A stretch of DNA of 59,145 bases, the filler included, from Nemertoderma westbladi (Eukaryota; Animalia; Xenacoelomorpha): NCBI GenBank assembly GCA_032718475.1. It is 3 parts of 3 records of this genome, joined end to end, with 100 filler letters (N's around TTAATTAATTAA, not from the genome) between each part and the next. Parts side by side here need not be neighbours in the genome. Positions count along the whole stretch, not along the records: positions 1 to 24,460 come from JAUCBJ010005316.1; 2 more parts are not named here. One strand, 5' to 3'. A program made the position numbers and the translations under genes. The notes under the pieces were generated by a model. That model made no database searches. It worked only from the letters and a program-made list of their open reading frames with translations, and was not told the origin of the DNA. This document shows, one piece after another, positions 1-11,342 of the stretch. Position 1 is the first letter of the stretch, and every line of letters starts with the position of its first letter.

Positions 1-2812
1 TCAATTCCCCGTGTCTAGATATGCTGATTCACCCAGTGCCCAGTAAGAAGGAATCGAGGTGAAACTCCCCTACCTACCACCCCCCCCCCCCCATCTACAT
101 AAATCAAATCATATCAAATCCAAATCATAAACACTCTATATATGTAGATTACATTATTATACTTACCGCACCAACTCCAAGATGCAAGTAGGTGGCAGGT
201 CTAGCTACAGTAGCTAGGTCTACAACCTGTTGTCTATACAAAATAGCCTACTTAAATGTTCATGTTCAATATGTAAAGTTAAATAAAATCCAGGCCAGGT
301 ACTATCTCTATCAGTCTATCTGTATTAGTCAGTCAGTTGTTATGGATCAGGGTATCGCCAGTGGATTAAACAAATAATAATCACATCGATTCGTGCTGAT
401 ATATAGGCCTAACTTACTAAATCAATGTGTACCACAACCACTACCACTGTTGCACTGTAACAATGGTACAGTCAGTGTGTGTACCATGATCATGCATCAT
501 GCATAGAGCCCATACTGAGTTGAATACCTGAATACCAGTACTTTACTGACTGATATAGCTGTATAGGCTTAGCCTAACTGCCTAATGCCTAAGCGTAGTG
601 ATATACATAAATATAGAAATATAGAATGAACGGGAATATCCTACACCCTCACGCGCACGCCTCACACATGAGACAGGTTAATTTATTTTTAAGATTTATT
701 TTTAGTTTTCTTTTATTTTTATTTTTTAGTTACCGCCTTACCGCCACCGGTATGATGACAAACCTCAACCTCAAATTAGTCAAATATAAATTACCTTACC
801 GGCTGACCGGTCTGCCGGTATACAGGTATATTCAAAAATTATTATAATCACAATCTGACAATGATGATCAATTTAGTTGTTACTAGTCTGCTAGTGGGAA
901 TATATACCAGACGCAGACATCACCAAAAGGAGATTAGATAATCAGATTTGCAGATCACTGGATCAGGATCAGATCATTTCTTGATAGTTTGATATACAGA
1001 TATAGGAAGATGTATATCAGTATATGGTATAAGAAGATAGGTAGGAGTACGGCGTAGGCCTACTCTAATTCCTCAAAAAGTGCAGCGTACAGCCGTACAG
1101 GCAGACAGGGTCAGCTGCTCAGTAGCAGTACAGTGACAGTGCAGTGGAGTCCAGTCTGCCAGTTGTAATTGGACTATTTCAATTCGACTAATTGGAGTGC
1201 CAGTGCCAGAAGATGCATAGAACGCAATAACGAATAGGGGCCTACTGGAATAACCAAACAGGAAACAGCATAAGGCCTACCGTAGAGTAGACTGCCTATT
1301 TCAGTATTTAACATTAAGGACTGCTGGACTGAAGGAGAAAGTTACAAAGGATAGGCAATAAATACAGAAATAATAATATTAAAGTTTCAGCCAGTGGATG
1401 TGGAGTAGGCCTAACGCTAACTCATTCTATACCCTAGGCCTCCTACTGCATACTGTCCTATATATACTGTATATAATACCATACATCAGTACATAGGCTA
1501 CTACATACCATGATACCAACCGGCAGATCGGGATGTCAGGATGTGGTATGAGGTGCTGTACTTACAGACTTAAGCTTCACAGCTCACAGGCCCACCGCGT
1601 CTACAAATGTTCAATGCAGCAATGACACATATGCTAGGTACAAACAAGCAAATTACATCCATATTGCCATGACCTGGCCAGACCCCAGACCATACCTATG
1701 CCCAATAAGACATAGGCCTAAACAGGCAATAAGCAACAATAATATGCAATAAGACCGATAAACAGATAAATGGAAAACATGAAACATTCAAACCGTAGGC
1801 TAGGCTGGACGCGATAAAATTTAAAAATAAATCTAGGCCTACAATAAATACCATACCAGTACGACTAGCTAAACATGATAAGCCTAAACCATTAGGCTAC
1901 TAGCTGACTAAGCTGCTAAGTCAGTAAGTGAGTCAAAGTGGAAACATAAAACGAAGAGCTTGGTTAAACTTAAAACACAGCCTATTTTCAGTTTACAGTT
2001 TAGGATACACTCAGACCTGACTGCCTGATACAGTCGAAACAACCACACCTACAAGTGTTACAACATTCAACAACCCATCAATAACCGAATCACAATTACA
2101 ATTAACATCCAATAACAACAATAGATTAATATAAATAGTATAAGCTATCCACACCAACACCACACCAGCCTATCAGCCTATTACAGAAGTATTATCTTGG
2201 CATAACTAACTCTATAACTAAGCTGTGCTTATGGCACAGGACACGATTATAGGAGCAGGAGGGAACTCTAACTAGGCGCTGCAATATCAAGGAATGGCTG
2301 AATGGCTAGGGGAGGTGGTGGTGGAAAATCACACAAACTCATCCATCCCATCCGTTCATTCGTTCTCTCTCCCCCCTCTCGAACGTACAGTCGGTATCAT
2401 ACAGTAGCCAGTTGGATCGCTTAACACACTGGGGGAATTAGGGCTGTTGTAAGGCTGTAGGCTGAGGGACAGATAACACACACACATAACACGCCATATT
2501 ACTTGCTAGCTTAGTCACAGGAGTGAAGGAACCAATGCCATAAGTGAACTAACTACAACTCTGACTCAGCTGACAGTATATGGAGCGAAGTAACTGGCTA
2601 TTATAATTTAATGTCCAGCTCTCTGGCTCAGCATGGAGATATCAACTATTTGACGATTCGATTCATTCTTCCCGTCTTACATACATACTCCACTGTCAAT
2701 AGGGGTATTTCGTGGAGCGAGCCACATATTATGATGTTGTGGTGTGACGTTTAGTTAATTGTTGATGTATGATTCGTGTGGAGTGGTGGGTTTTAGGTCA
2801 GGGTTATTGTTC

Positions 2813-2990
2813 AGGCCCGTAGCCAGGGGGGGTTAGTTGGTTCGAACGAACCGCCCTTTTGAGAAAAGTGCCCATTTATACGAACACGCGTTTGGGAAAT
2901 ATGCCCTTTTTATACCGTTACTCACCCTTTTGAGAAATTTTCTCCTTTTATATTCACGTATGTATTTGTAAAAGTGCCCTTTCCGGCAAA
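2813..2990 (+). mobile_element. Probable 5' end of a non-autonomous DNA transposon (hAT-like terminus)
   Basis: Begins CAGGCCCGTAGCCAGGGGGGG...TTCGAACGAACC, followed by short CCCTTTTGAGAAA / AAAAGTGCCC subterminal repeats. No matching other end found. Confidence 0.35.
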
Positions 2991-3944
2991 GCAAGTGTTC
3001 AAGTTACACTAGCAGCTAGAACAGTTAGGATTCACATTATCCCAGTGCCAGTGTGCTTTAAAAAGTTCACATTTCGTATCGGGCTTCAGATCATCCAATC
3101 AATTTCAATTACAATCACAATTTTATTATATGAAAAATATTCGTTTTAACATTAATGGGAATTTTGAAATCTCTTTTGCACTGGAATTGTATTTTTTACA
3201 CCAGTTACCTATTCACTATCACACGTAAATTATTATTATATCTTTTACTGGTAATTTTGTATATATTTAAAAATTGGATGCGACTTATAGTTACCGAGAT
3301 ATGATAATTTACGTGTGCCAGACCAGTGTAAATTTTATTCATTCCGCATTGAATTTCAGCATATTGCGCAATTAATTAAATTATTTTGGAACAATATTAC
3401 TAGTATGCTAGTTACTCTTCCCTACTATTCTTCTTGGCTTGTGTTATGCAAATTTATGTAGAAGTCCAATGTATATACACCATGTCCTGGAATATAGTGT
3501 CGTTATTCTGGTACATCCCCCCCCCCCCCCCCCCCCCCACCCCAAATATTTCTACAAATCGTAATGAGATGGCATGACATTTGAAACAGAGTTAGTTTCA
3601 TCTCCCTGCTCCTTAGAGGGTGAGCCAGAATTTTTTTTTGCTTTCATTCTTTAGCTACAAGTGTTTAAAAAAAGGGTTTCCGTCGATATTGCATCAGTTA
3701 CACCGCAGGTATTCTTCAAACATTTAGAGATTTGTTGGCACTAGTAGAAAGCTGACCGTGCAAGGATTCCAAATATGTAAAAATATTTGAAATTGGTTAG
3801 GAAATAGCTGAGGTATGGGTATTCGAATGTTGTATGTATTTGCTTCCGCTGCAGGCCATTTATTCTATTAAATAAATACACAATATTCTAGAACATTTTG
3901 ATCATATAGGCATTGCATTGTTGCCAAAGCTACTTATGAGATAA

Positions 3945-4305
3945 CAATGCACACCTCTCCAACCAGACACTATATAACATTGGAGGTGTCTCATTGGTTC
4001 CCCCAAGCTTGACACTAGAACAAAATCGCCTCCGCTTTGCAGGACATTGCTTTCGCCGTAAGGACCAGCCAGTAGATAATCTTGTGCTTTGCAGCCTCAT
4101 GGAGTGAATAAGCGCAAGGTGAACAGTCCATGACTTTCTTGAGACCATGAGACGCATCTTAAAGGACACTGGCCATGAAGATGGGGATGATCTAGCAAAT
4201 GTCATGGGTGATACAGTAGGGAGTTGTGGCGGTACAATTTTGCTGACAAGCAGGCACAGCATTTTTAAAAATGCAGCTGCAATGCAGCATGCCGATCCTA
4301 GTATC
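3945..4305 (+). pseudogene. RTE-clade LINE 3' remnant
   Basis: The + strand reads HLSNQTLY...[19 protein letters not shown], the RTE ORF2 C-terminal motif. Near-identical copies lie at ~24005-24285(-), ~49290-49760(-) and, in part, ~34805-34890(-). Confidence 0.75.
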
Positions 4306-4582
4306 AGTTAGTAGTAGTAGAAAAGATTCTCTCCGTCTGGAAGTATCGTGGTATCCCCAGAACTAGTTAGTAATAATGCATTATCGAAGTTGCGATCTAG
4401 TAAGTAATACAGTAGTAACAATGTGTTGGCAAGCTGTTCTTTTCGAGGTGTTAGTTATTATACATTTATTATAAGAAGGGAACTAGGGGTCTTAACCTCG
4501 AATGATAAGTTTATTTTACCGAAAATAACTTATCTTTGATTGGCGCAATTGTGCACAATTTGACCCTTCAATTTGCATATTC

Positions 4583-4965
4583 CACCTCTCTTAATACAAC
4601 AAACATTTTTAGAGGGTCAGAGCCCCCCCCCCCCCCCCCCCCCTATTTTTTTTCAAATTTCAATAAAATGCTACGAAATTTGATAGATCGACACCTTTTC
4701 TTAATGGTGGCCTGGCCGGAATTTTCAATTTATGAGCTATTTCGATACAACAAGCCGTTAGAAATCGTCTATTACGCAATATTTAGCCAACTCCGCCGGC
4801 TATATTTTTCGTCTTTGGAATGAAGAATATCATTAGAACCGCCTTCATCTGCAGATTCAGAATCAGAAAACCGTTTTAAATTTCACCTATAACTTCCGGA
4901 GATATTATCAAAATTCAAACGTATACATTTTGACACGTAAACTGATATAATTCTAACGTTTTTTT
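4583..4965 (+). mobile_element. MITE-family arm (same family as 29337-30305)
   Basis: Aligns by eye with 29337-29745 (poly-C tract, TTTCAAATTTCAATAA, ATCTGCAGATTCAGAATCAGAAAA). An inverted partial copy lies at ~10850-11010. Confidence 0.7.
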
Positions 4966-4979
4966 TTACGGGTGTCTTC

Positions 4980-5145
4980 GTGTTTCGGCAACTGTCGCGT
5001 TTCGGCAAAAAAAGTTGCGTTTCGGCAAATAAGATGCGTTTCGGCAAAAAAAGTCGCGTTTTGGCAAAATGGTGCGATTCGGCAAAAAAAAGTTGCGTTT
5101 CGGCGAAAAGGTGCGATTCGGCAAAAAAGTTGCGTTTCGGCAACA
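4980..5145 (+). repeat. ~20-bp minisatellite (GCGTTTCGGCAAAAAAAGTT)
   Basis: About 8 imperfect units. The reverse-complement array is at ~10703-10850. The short ORFs called here are repeat artefacts. Confidence 0.85.
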
Positions 5146-5444
5146 GTCGGACTGTGCGGTATACTGTACGTCGTCGCGTTAACCATGAATTTGGGTGAGG
5201 CCCAGAAAGTCCTAAGTAAGACTTTTGTTTACAATTGTACAGGGCCCTTTCCATAAAAAAAAGCTCTCACGACAGATATGAATAAATTTGCTAGAAATTT
5301 GTTTTACTAGTTCTATGTTTTTAGCACTCAGGAAAAATTTCGTTGAATTTCATTCATTTTTGACAAAGTTATTGTTGAACATAGAAAAATGGTATTATCT
5401 AAAATAGCGGGAAGGTTTGAATTGTTACTTGAACTTTAAACACC

Positions 5445-6197
5445 TGTAAAAGCTTTTGCGGTCATAACAAGTCATTTTTCCGCAATGCGCAGAATACTCT
5501 AAAATAGCCCTAAATTTATCCAACTACGCGACGGGAAGGGATTGGAGCTGGTGTGACGAAATCTATCAGCTGATTCTTTGTGGACGTGGAATTTTTCTTT
5601 GTTCTGCCACATTCAGCCAATCAGAGTGATTTTCCCTTTATGTCTAACAGAGGCCTATGGAAACTCGCGCAATGCATTACGGTCTTTGTTTACTATTTTC
5701 TGAGCACCAGAACCGGCTCGGAATCTTCTGTGCTTCTGTGTAGTAGTTTCAGACTTTGGCCTAGGAAACATCAGATGGCCTTGATTTTTTATAAGAACGT
5801 AAAACTATTAACATGTCATCCTGTATCATACCTGGACCACTGTATAAGTAACACATACTGACTGTTCACCGCACTATTTTACTTCTGTTTACGGTCTTTT
5901 ATTAATTGTTGTTATATTAATGGATATTGCTGTTATATTTGGAGAATACCGATAAATAATCATAAAACCCCCAATCTTCTTGATTACTGAAGGTAAGAGG
6001 AACAGGTTTACCGGTAGCAACTGCGACTTAAATTATAGTGGTTTTTGTGTGAATTAAATGCTATTTCATAATCCCTACGTGTGTCAGTTGCAATCCTCCT
6101 TATATATGATCAAATTCAGTGACGGTCGGCAGATCAGTGCGAAGTAGTGTGAAGTAGTGTGAAGGTTAATAAAGCATCTCCTAAAGAATGCGCTATC
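5445..6197 (+). repeat. Dispersed repeat family starting GTAAAAGCTTTTGCGG
   Basis: Homologous segments at ~34960, ~36014-36900 and ~52520-52870 (shared GATAAATAA...TACTGAAGGTAAGAG and CGGCAGATCAGTG...CCTAAAGAATGCGC). It ends where BEL pol homology begins. Confidence 0.65.
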
Positions 6198-8317
6198 GTT
6201 CTGGAGTATATAACCAATGAAGTCTGTCAGTTCAGCGTCTTCGTTACCAACAGAGTAGCCATTATACTCAGTCGCTCTAATGTAGATCAATGGAGACATT
6301 GCCCTGGGACGATTAATCCAGCCGACATCGCCTCTAGAGGAGCAACCCCGCAAGAACTGATAGATACTCCAGACTGGTTAGGTGGACCCGACTTCCTAAG
6401 TAAAGAAGAGGATGAATGGCCTCCTCATCTCACCATGGCTGAGATTAGACAAGCCAAGAGAGCGGAGAAAGTCAAACCTAAAACCCGGACGAGTAAATCA
6501 AAGTTATTTAAACCCGTGAAAGATCTGTCTGTACTACACATCTCCGGGGACGACGCTGTGGATCTAAACTCCTCCACCACGAACAAATCTGTTGTAGAAA
6601 TCAGAGGAAGAGACTGGAAATCTGGAACACCAGATGTCTCGCAAGGACTCTCACCTCTCCTGCAGAAGGCAATAAATCATTATAGCTCCTGGAATCGGCT
6701 TTGTAAGGCCGTCGTGTATCTTAAAAGATGTTTCCATCATCACTATTCCAGGACGAAGATCGCTAGTGATACCGCTCCAATAATATCCGAAAAGGTCCAT
6801 GCTATTAAAGACCTTCCCGCTTATAAAGTGTCGGATAGGTTTCTGACTGAGAAGATCAGCTACCAAGAGCATGAAGAAACCAATAAGCAGATATTGAGAC
6901 TCCTGCAATGCTATGAAGATTCCGATAAGTATTTCCTGTTGTTGAGAAATCCACAGATGCACTTAAGGGATCGTTTCTCTAGCACAATGATAGATGGGTT
7001 AATACGTGTCGGAGGGAGATTAACTAATGCTCCATTGTCCTTTGACACTAAGTTTCCCATACTCATTAGAAATCTTGAAATACAAATCAAGATGATTGTA
7101 GATGTTCACAGTAGGCTTTACCATGCTTGTAGAGAACGAGTTCTTAGCGAAATTCGAACTCGCTATTATTTCCATAAGCCCCGTAGAGCTCTGAACCAAG
7201 TTCTTAGGAACTGTATACCCTGTAGGGAAGCATTCAGTAGGCCTTTAACACAGCGAGAGGCAGAATTACCTAGGGAACGAGAAAGCTTCTATGAACCACC
7301 CTTTACTAATACTGGTGTGGATTTATTGGCCCTATTGAAGTATATCGTGCTAGGACTATAGTCAAGCGATGGTGTTTCATCTTTGTCTGTATGACTTGTA
7401 GAGCGATCCATCTAGATATGGTGAACGATCTATCTACCAACAGCTTCATACTGAGTTTACGCCAACAGATCACTCGTTTCGGAACTAGCAACACCATGAG
7501 ATCCGACAAAGGAACGAACTTCATTGGCGCCAATAATGAGATCAAAGCTTACGTGAAAGATTGGAACCAAAGACAGGTGGACGATCAGCTAAGGATAACA
7601 GCATCTAGCTGGACCTTCAACGCCGCTGATGCCCCTTGGTGGGGAGGAAGTTGGGAGAGATTAATACGGAGCGTGAAGACCGCATTTCACTTTATAGTGC
7701 CGTGCCGCGCGTATCTCACCGACGAACTTTTGCGGACATTAATGGAAGAAATCTCCGCCTATCTTAACGAGAGACCGCTTATGCCAGTCTCATCGAGTCC
7801 CGACTCCCTAGAAGCGCTGACACCCGCGCATTTCCTACTAAAGAAACCTGTAGCCATGCTCCCGCAATCGGAAATCACGGACGGAGACGAATACTGCCGA
7901 CAAACTTGGCAACTTATGCAGTTATTATCCCGTCATTTCGCTGACCGTTTCGAAAAACATTATCTTCCTACGCTACAACTTCGAACAAAGTGGTTTGCGC
8001 AGCAAGAGAACGTCAGCGCCGGAGACATGGCCCTTATTGTGGAATCAGATCTTCCACGTAAGCGGTGGCAGACAGGTCGTATCATCGAGACTCATATATC
8101 TGATGATGGTTTAGTGCGATCGGTAGAACTCGTCGTCATGCAACGTAACTTTAAGAAACCTGGTATTGTATTCGAAACACAACAACTTAATCGCCCAGTT
8201 GGTCGTTTATGTTTACTGGAAAGAGATCGAGAGTTGTCCGGAAACTATGGACGGCAAGATACTCTTCCCACGACCACCTCCCTAATCCAACAAACATCTA
8301 GGGACTCCCCAACGTAA
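6198..8317 (+). mobile_element. BEL/Pao LTR retrotransposon pol, 5'-truncated (RNase H end, integrase, C-terminal DUF5641-like region), frameshift near 7320-7390
   Basis: Motifs FVTNRV, WRHCPGTINPADIASRG, GLIRVGGRL, H..H..CxxC zinc finger, PPFTNTGVD, RAIHLD, SDKGTNF, PWWGGSWERLIRSVK, LTPAHFL and WQTGRI..DGLVRSV. Confidence 0.93.
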
Positions 8318-9648
8318 CAGCGTTTGCGAATTGGCTCTCATTACAAGTCTTTTTAGCGTACCGAGTCTGCAGGCTACATTATCATTATGAATGTAGGGTT
8401 CCCAATCCAATTCGGAGTCTGTTTGACAGTCATTTCCGCTGGAAGTGAACGGTTCGTAGTCCATTATTCCAGGGCTGCTCTTATAGCGATGTGTGCAATT
8501 GTGTAAAACAGTTCCTCGTAGGTTCCGTACTGTGACTGAACCACCTGTACGATTATACGAAATGGTCCTAGGTTGGTCACTTGAATTTCGACCTCAATAT
8601 GCCAAATACATGGTTCGACTTGTATGAGTTCAATAGGAGTAATAGACACTTCCATTTTCGTTGACTTTATTCATTCAGTGATTTAAATTACTTGAATCTT
8701 CGACAAAACGTTTGTAGTTCGATTAGGTTTGAACCACGTTTTTATTCCAATTCAAATACTCGGATTTTCCTCGTTGTATGAGCTTGGTAGAGCACGGAAG
8801 ATTAATTTCAGCAGATTATTCTTTGTGATCCTTCAACTAGAATTTCATCAAGTTTCAGAATTTGCAGTCGAATTTTGCCTCTAAATATTTAGAATTTTGT
8901 TGCTGTCGGTTCCAGATCAGGGAATTGACGCCGATGTAAGTTCCCAGGGGTTGCACTAGATCCTGAAATACTATTCACCTGAATTATTTGTGTTAGGGGA
9001 AACTTGTGATTTGCAATGCAGGTCGTGAAAAAAGAATAGTTAGGTTGAATGTTAATTTATTCGCTGATAACTGATTCCTTAGAAACGAACTGATTCTAAA
9101 TATTTTTGGGCTCCCATACACCAAATAATTAGAATAAACACAGATAATAATAAAAAACCTACAGTACAAGACAATTTAGTTAGTATTTTACTTTATAAGA
9201 CGACAGACTTACTTTATATTATGACTGACTTACTTTATTGTATTTATACTTTATTTTATTACTTTATTGTACTTTATTGTTTTGCCCTTGATTTTAAACA
9301 CCCCAACTACTTTTGATATATGTGTCTGGTCGGTGTCTGGCGAGGGACTGCAGCTTTCCGTCACGTTCCGAGTCCTTTTCAGGCTCGTAATAACTTCGTA
9401 GATCACAAACCTCGCTCTGTCAGTGTCGGTCCTTCGCAGAGGGCTATGCCAATTGTTTCCAAGTCCTTTTAAGGTTCGTACTTCGCACGGCAAACTAGCA
9501 CACCACTCAGCCAGTCCAAAGTCCGATCCCATTCCCACTATATGGCGTCCACTCCGTTTGGTTCCGAGTCCTTTTCAGGCTCGTACTGCGCACAGTAAAG
9601 ACCCCACTAGGGAATAAGTTGTCCCTTTTGCACTAGGTTAGGCTGGGC

Positions 9649-9923
9649 TGTCAGGAACTCTACCTGGAACCAAGTACTGGATTCCTTAAGATTCAAGGTT
9701 CCATTTCAACTTTGAAAGGTGACAATTTTGGAGTCAGCCTTTCTAAAAAACAGCACGTAATCGAATAATTTTAGGTTTCAGAGTTTCGAGTTTTTTGCCC
9801 ACTTTGCCAGGTTATATTTGGGATTTTCATTTGAGTTTAATTTATAAATTTGGTGGTTACCCGGTACAAAATTAAAATAACGCGAACAAAACCTAAGAGT
9901 TGAAAATAAATTTTAGAACCACA
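9649..9923 (+). repeat. Possible 3' LTR of the BEL element
   Basis: TGTC...CACA ends, a G-rich tract just upstream and AATAAA near the end. No second copy in the window to confirm it. Confidence 0.3.
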
Positions 9924-9989
9924 GGGCAGGGTGTTTTAATGTAAATTTGGCGTTATAGAAATATAAAAATAATAATAATACATAACTAA

Positions 9990-10350
9990 TACTAAATTAG
10001 TAGTTAGAGTGTATAATTAATCATTGTGGCCGTTGAGGTTCATGGTTAATACACAATCCTTTCATTTGCGGTTGTTAAGGTTGTGATTGGAAGTGGTTAA
10101 AGACGGCCAAGTGCGGTAGGGTTGACCCCAGTGGCAGCATATTATGGTATTGACAGATGGGAGGCCATGAGGAGGTAAATTGCGGACATACAAGGTATCA
10201 GGTAGTATTTCCAGGTCTATCTTTTACCTGAGCCTAGCTGAATGGTTAGAGCGTCATACTTCCAACCCGGAGGTCACCAGTTTGATTCCACCTAAACGTC
10301 ATTGCCGACTTTGCAAAAGCTGTGCCCAACAAAAAGTTATAATAATTATG
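9990..10350 (+). repeat. Dispersed repeat with tRNA-derived segment
   Basis: Homologous to 34410-34800. Contains an A-box-like TAGCTGAATGG and a degenerate B-box. Confidence 0.65.
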
Positions 10351-10702
10351 AACAATGGCGAATCTATATAATTATATTTATTTGTGGGGAATTATTTGCA
10401 ATTATGCACTTAAACATTCTAGAACAACTTAATAATGACGCGGTGTCACACTGGAAATACATAGTAAAATGTATGGCGTCGGGACATACTGAGAAATAAT
10501 GTCGCACTGCGATGTAAAATTAGAAAATATGTCGCACTGGCGATTTGGTAGTGCGAAATTAATTCCACACAAATAAATAAAATAATATTAGTACTGTGTA
10601 CTTATTAATACCTTGCATAATTGTCACGAAGACCACTCCAATTTTAATTATTAAACTCAACCCGGATCTAACATATCTAGGAATTATTTTTATCTTTTAC
10701 TC

Positions 10703-10850
10703 AAACGCAACGTTTTGCCGAAACGTAACTTTTTTTTTGCCGAATCGCGACTTTTTGCAGAATCGCCACTTTTTTTTTTTGAAGCGCATCATTTTTGCCT
10801 AAACGCAACTTTTTTGCCGAATCGCTACTGTTGCCGAAACGCAACTTGCT
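10703..10850 (-). repeat. ~20-bp minisatellite, inverted relative to 4980-5145
   Basis: TTTTGCCGAAACGC / TTTTGCCGAATCGC units. Confidence 0.8.
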
Positions 10851-11342
10851 GTATAGAAATAACTGAGAACTTGAAAAATCCTGACAAGCCAGCAGCAGTA
10901 AGAAAAGGTCTCGATCTATCATCATACCAAATTTCATAGCATTTTATTGAAATTTGAAAAAATTGGGGGGGGGGGGGGGGGGGGGAGGGTTCGGACCCCC
11001 TAAAATGTCCATTTTTTGTTTTCATGCTACTCGAACTCAGTTTCGGGGTTCTACTCTGTCGGTTCTTTATGCTGTTTTTGTTGTTAGTTTCAGAGTTTAC
11101 ATTATATTGGCTTTCAGAGATAATATATACAAACAAAACTCTTTTAATCACCCAAAAACTAGGTGTCTCCTAAGACCCCCCTTAAGATGTGAGGTGAGCG
11201 AATTTCGATAAAAGGACTATTTATTTGGTATAAAAATTTAAAAAAGTATGTAAAGAGTTTATGGAGATACAACAACTAGCAACAATATTTTATTAGTCGC
11301 CAAAATCATATTTAATTATATATTTTATGAAAATTTAGATTA

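Noticed and set aside
4883-5256. Overlapping ORFs with repeated FAE/SAKK motifs (also 10701-10939)
   Set aside because: Translation of a 20-bp minisatellite.
6159-6197. Start of the 400-aa BEL ORF
   Set aside because: These bases belong to the upstream dispersed repeat (homologous to ~36860-36898); the BEL copy is 5'-truncated.
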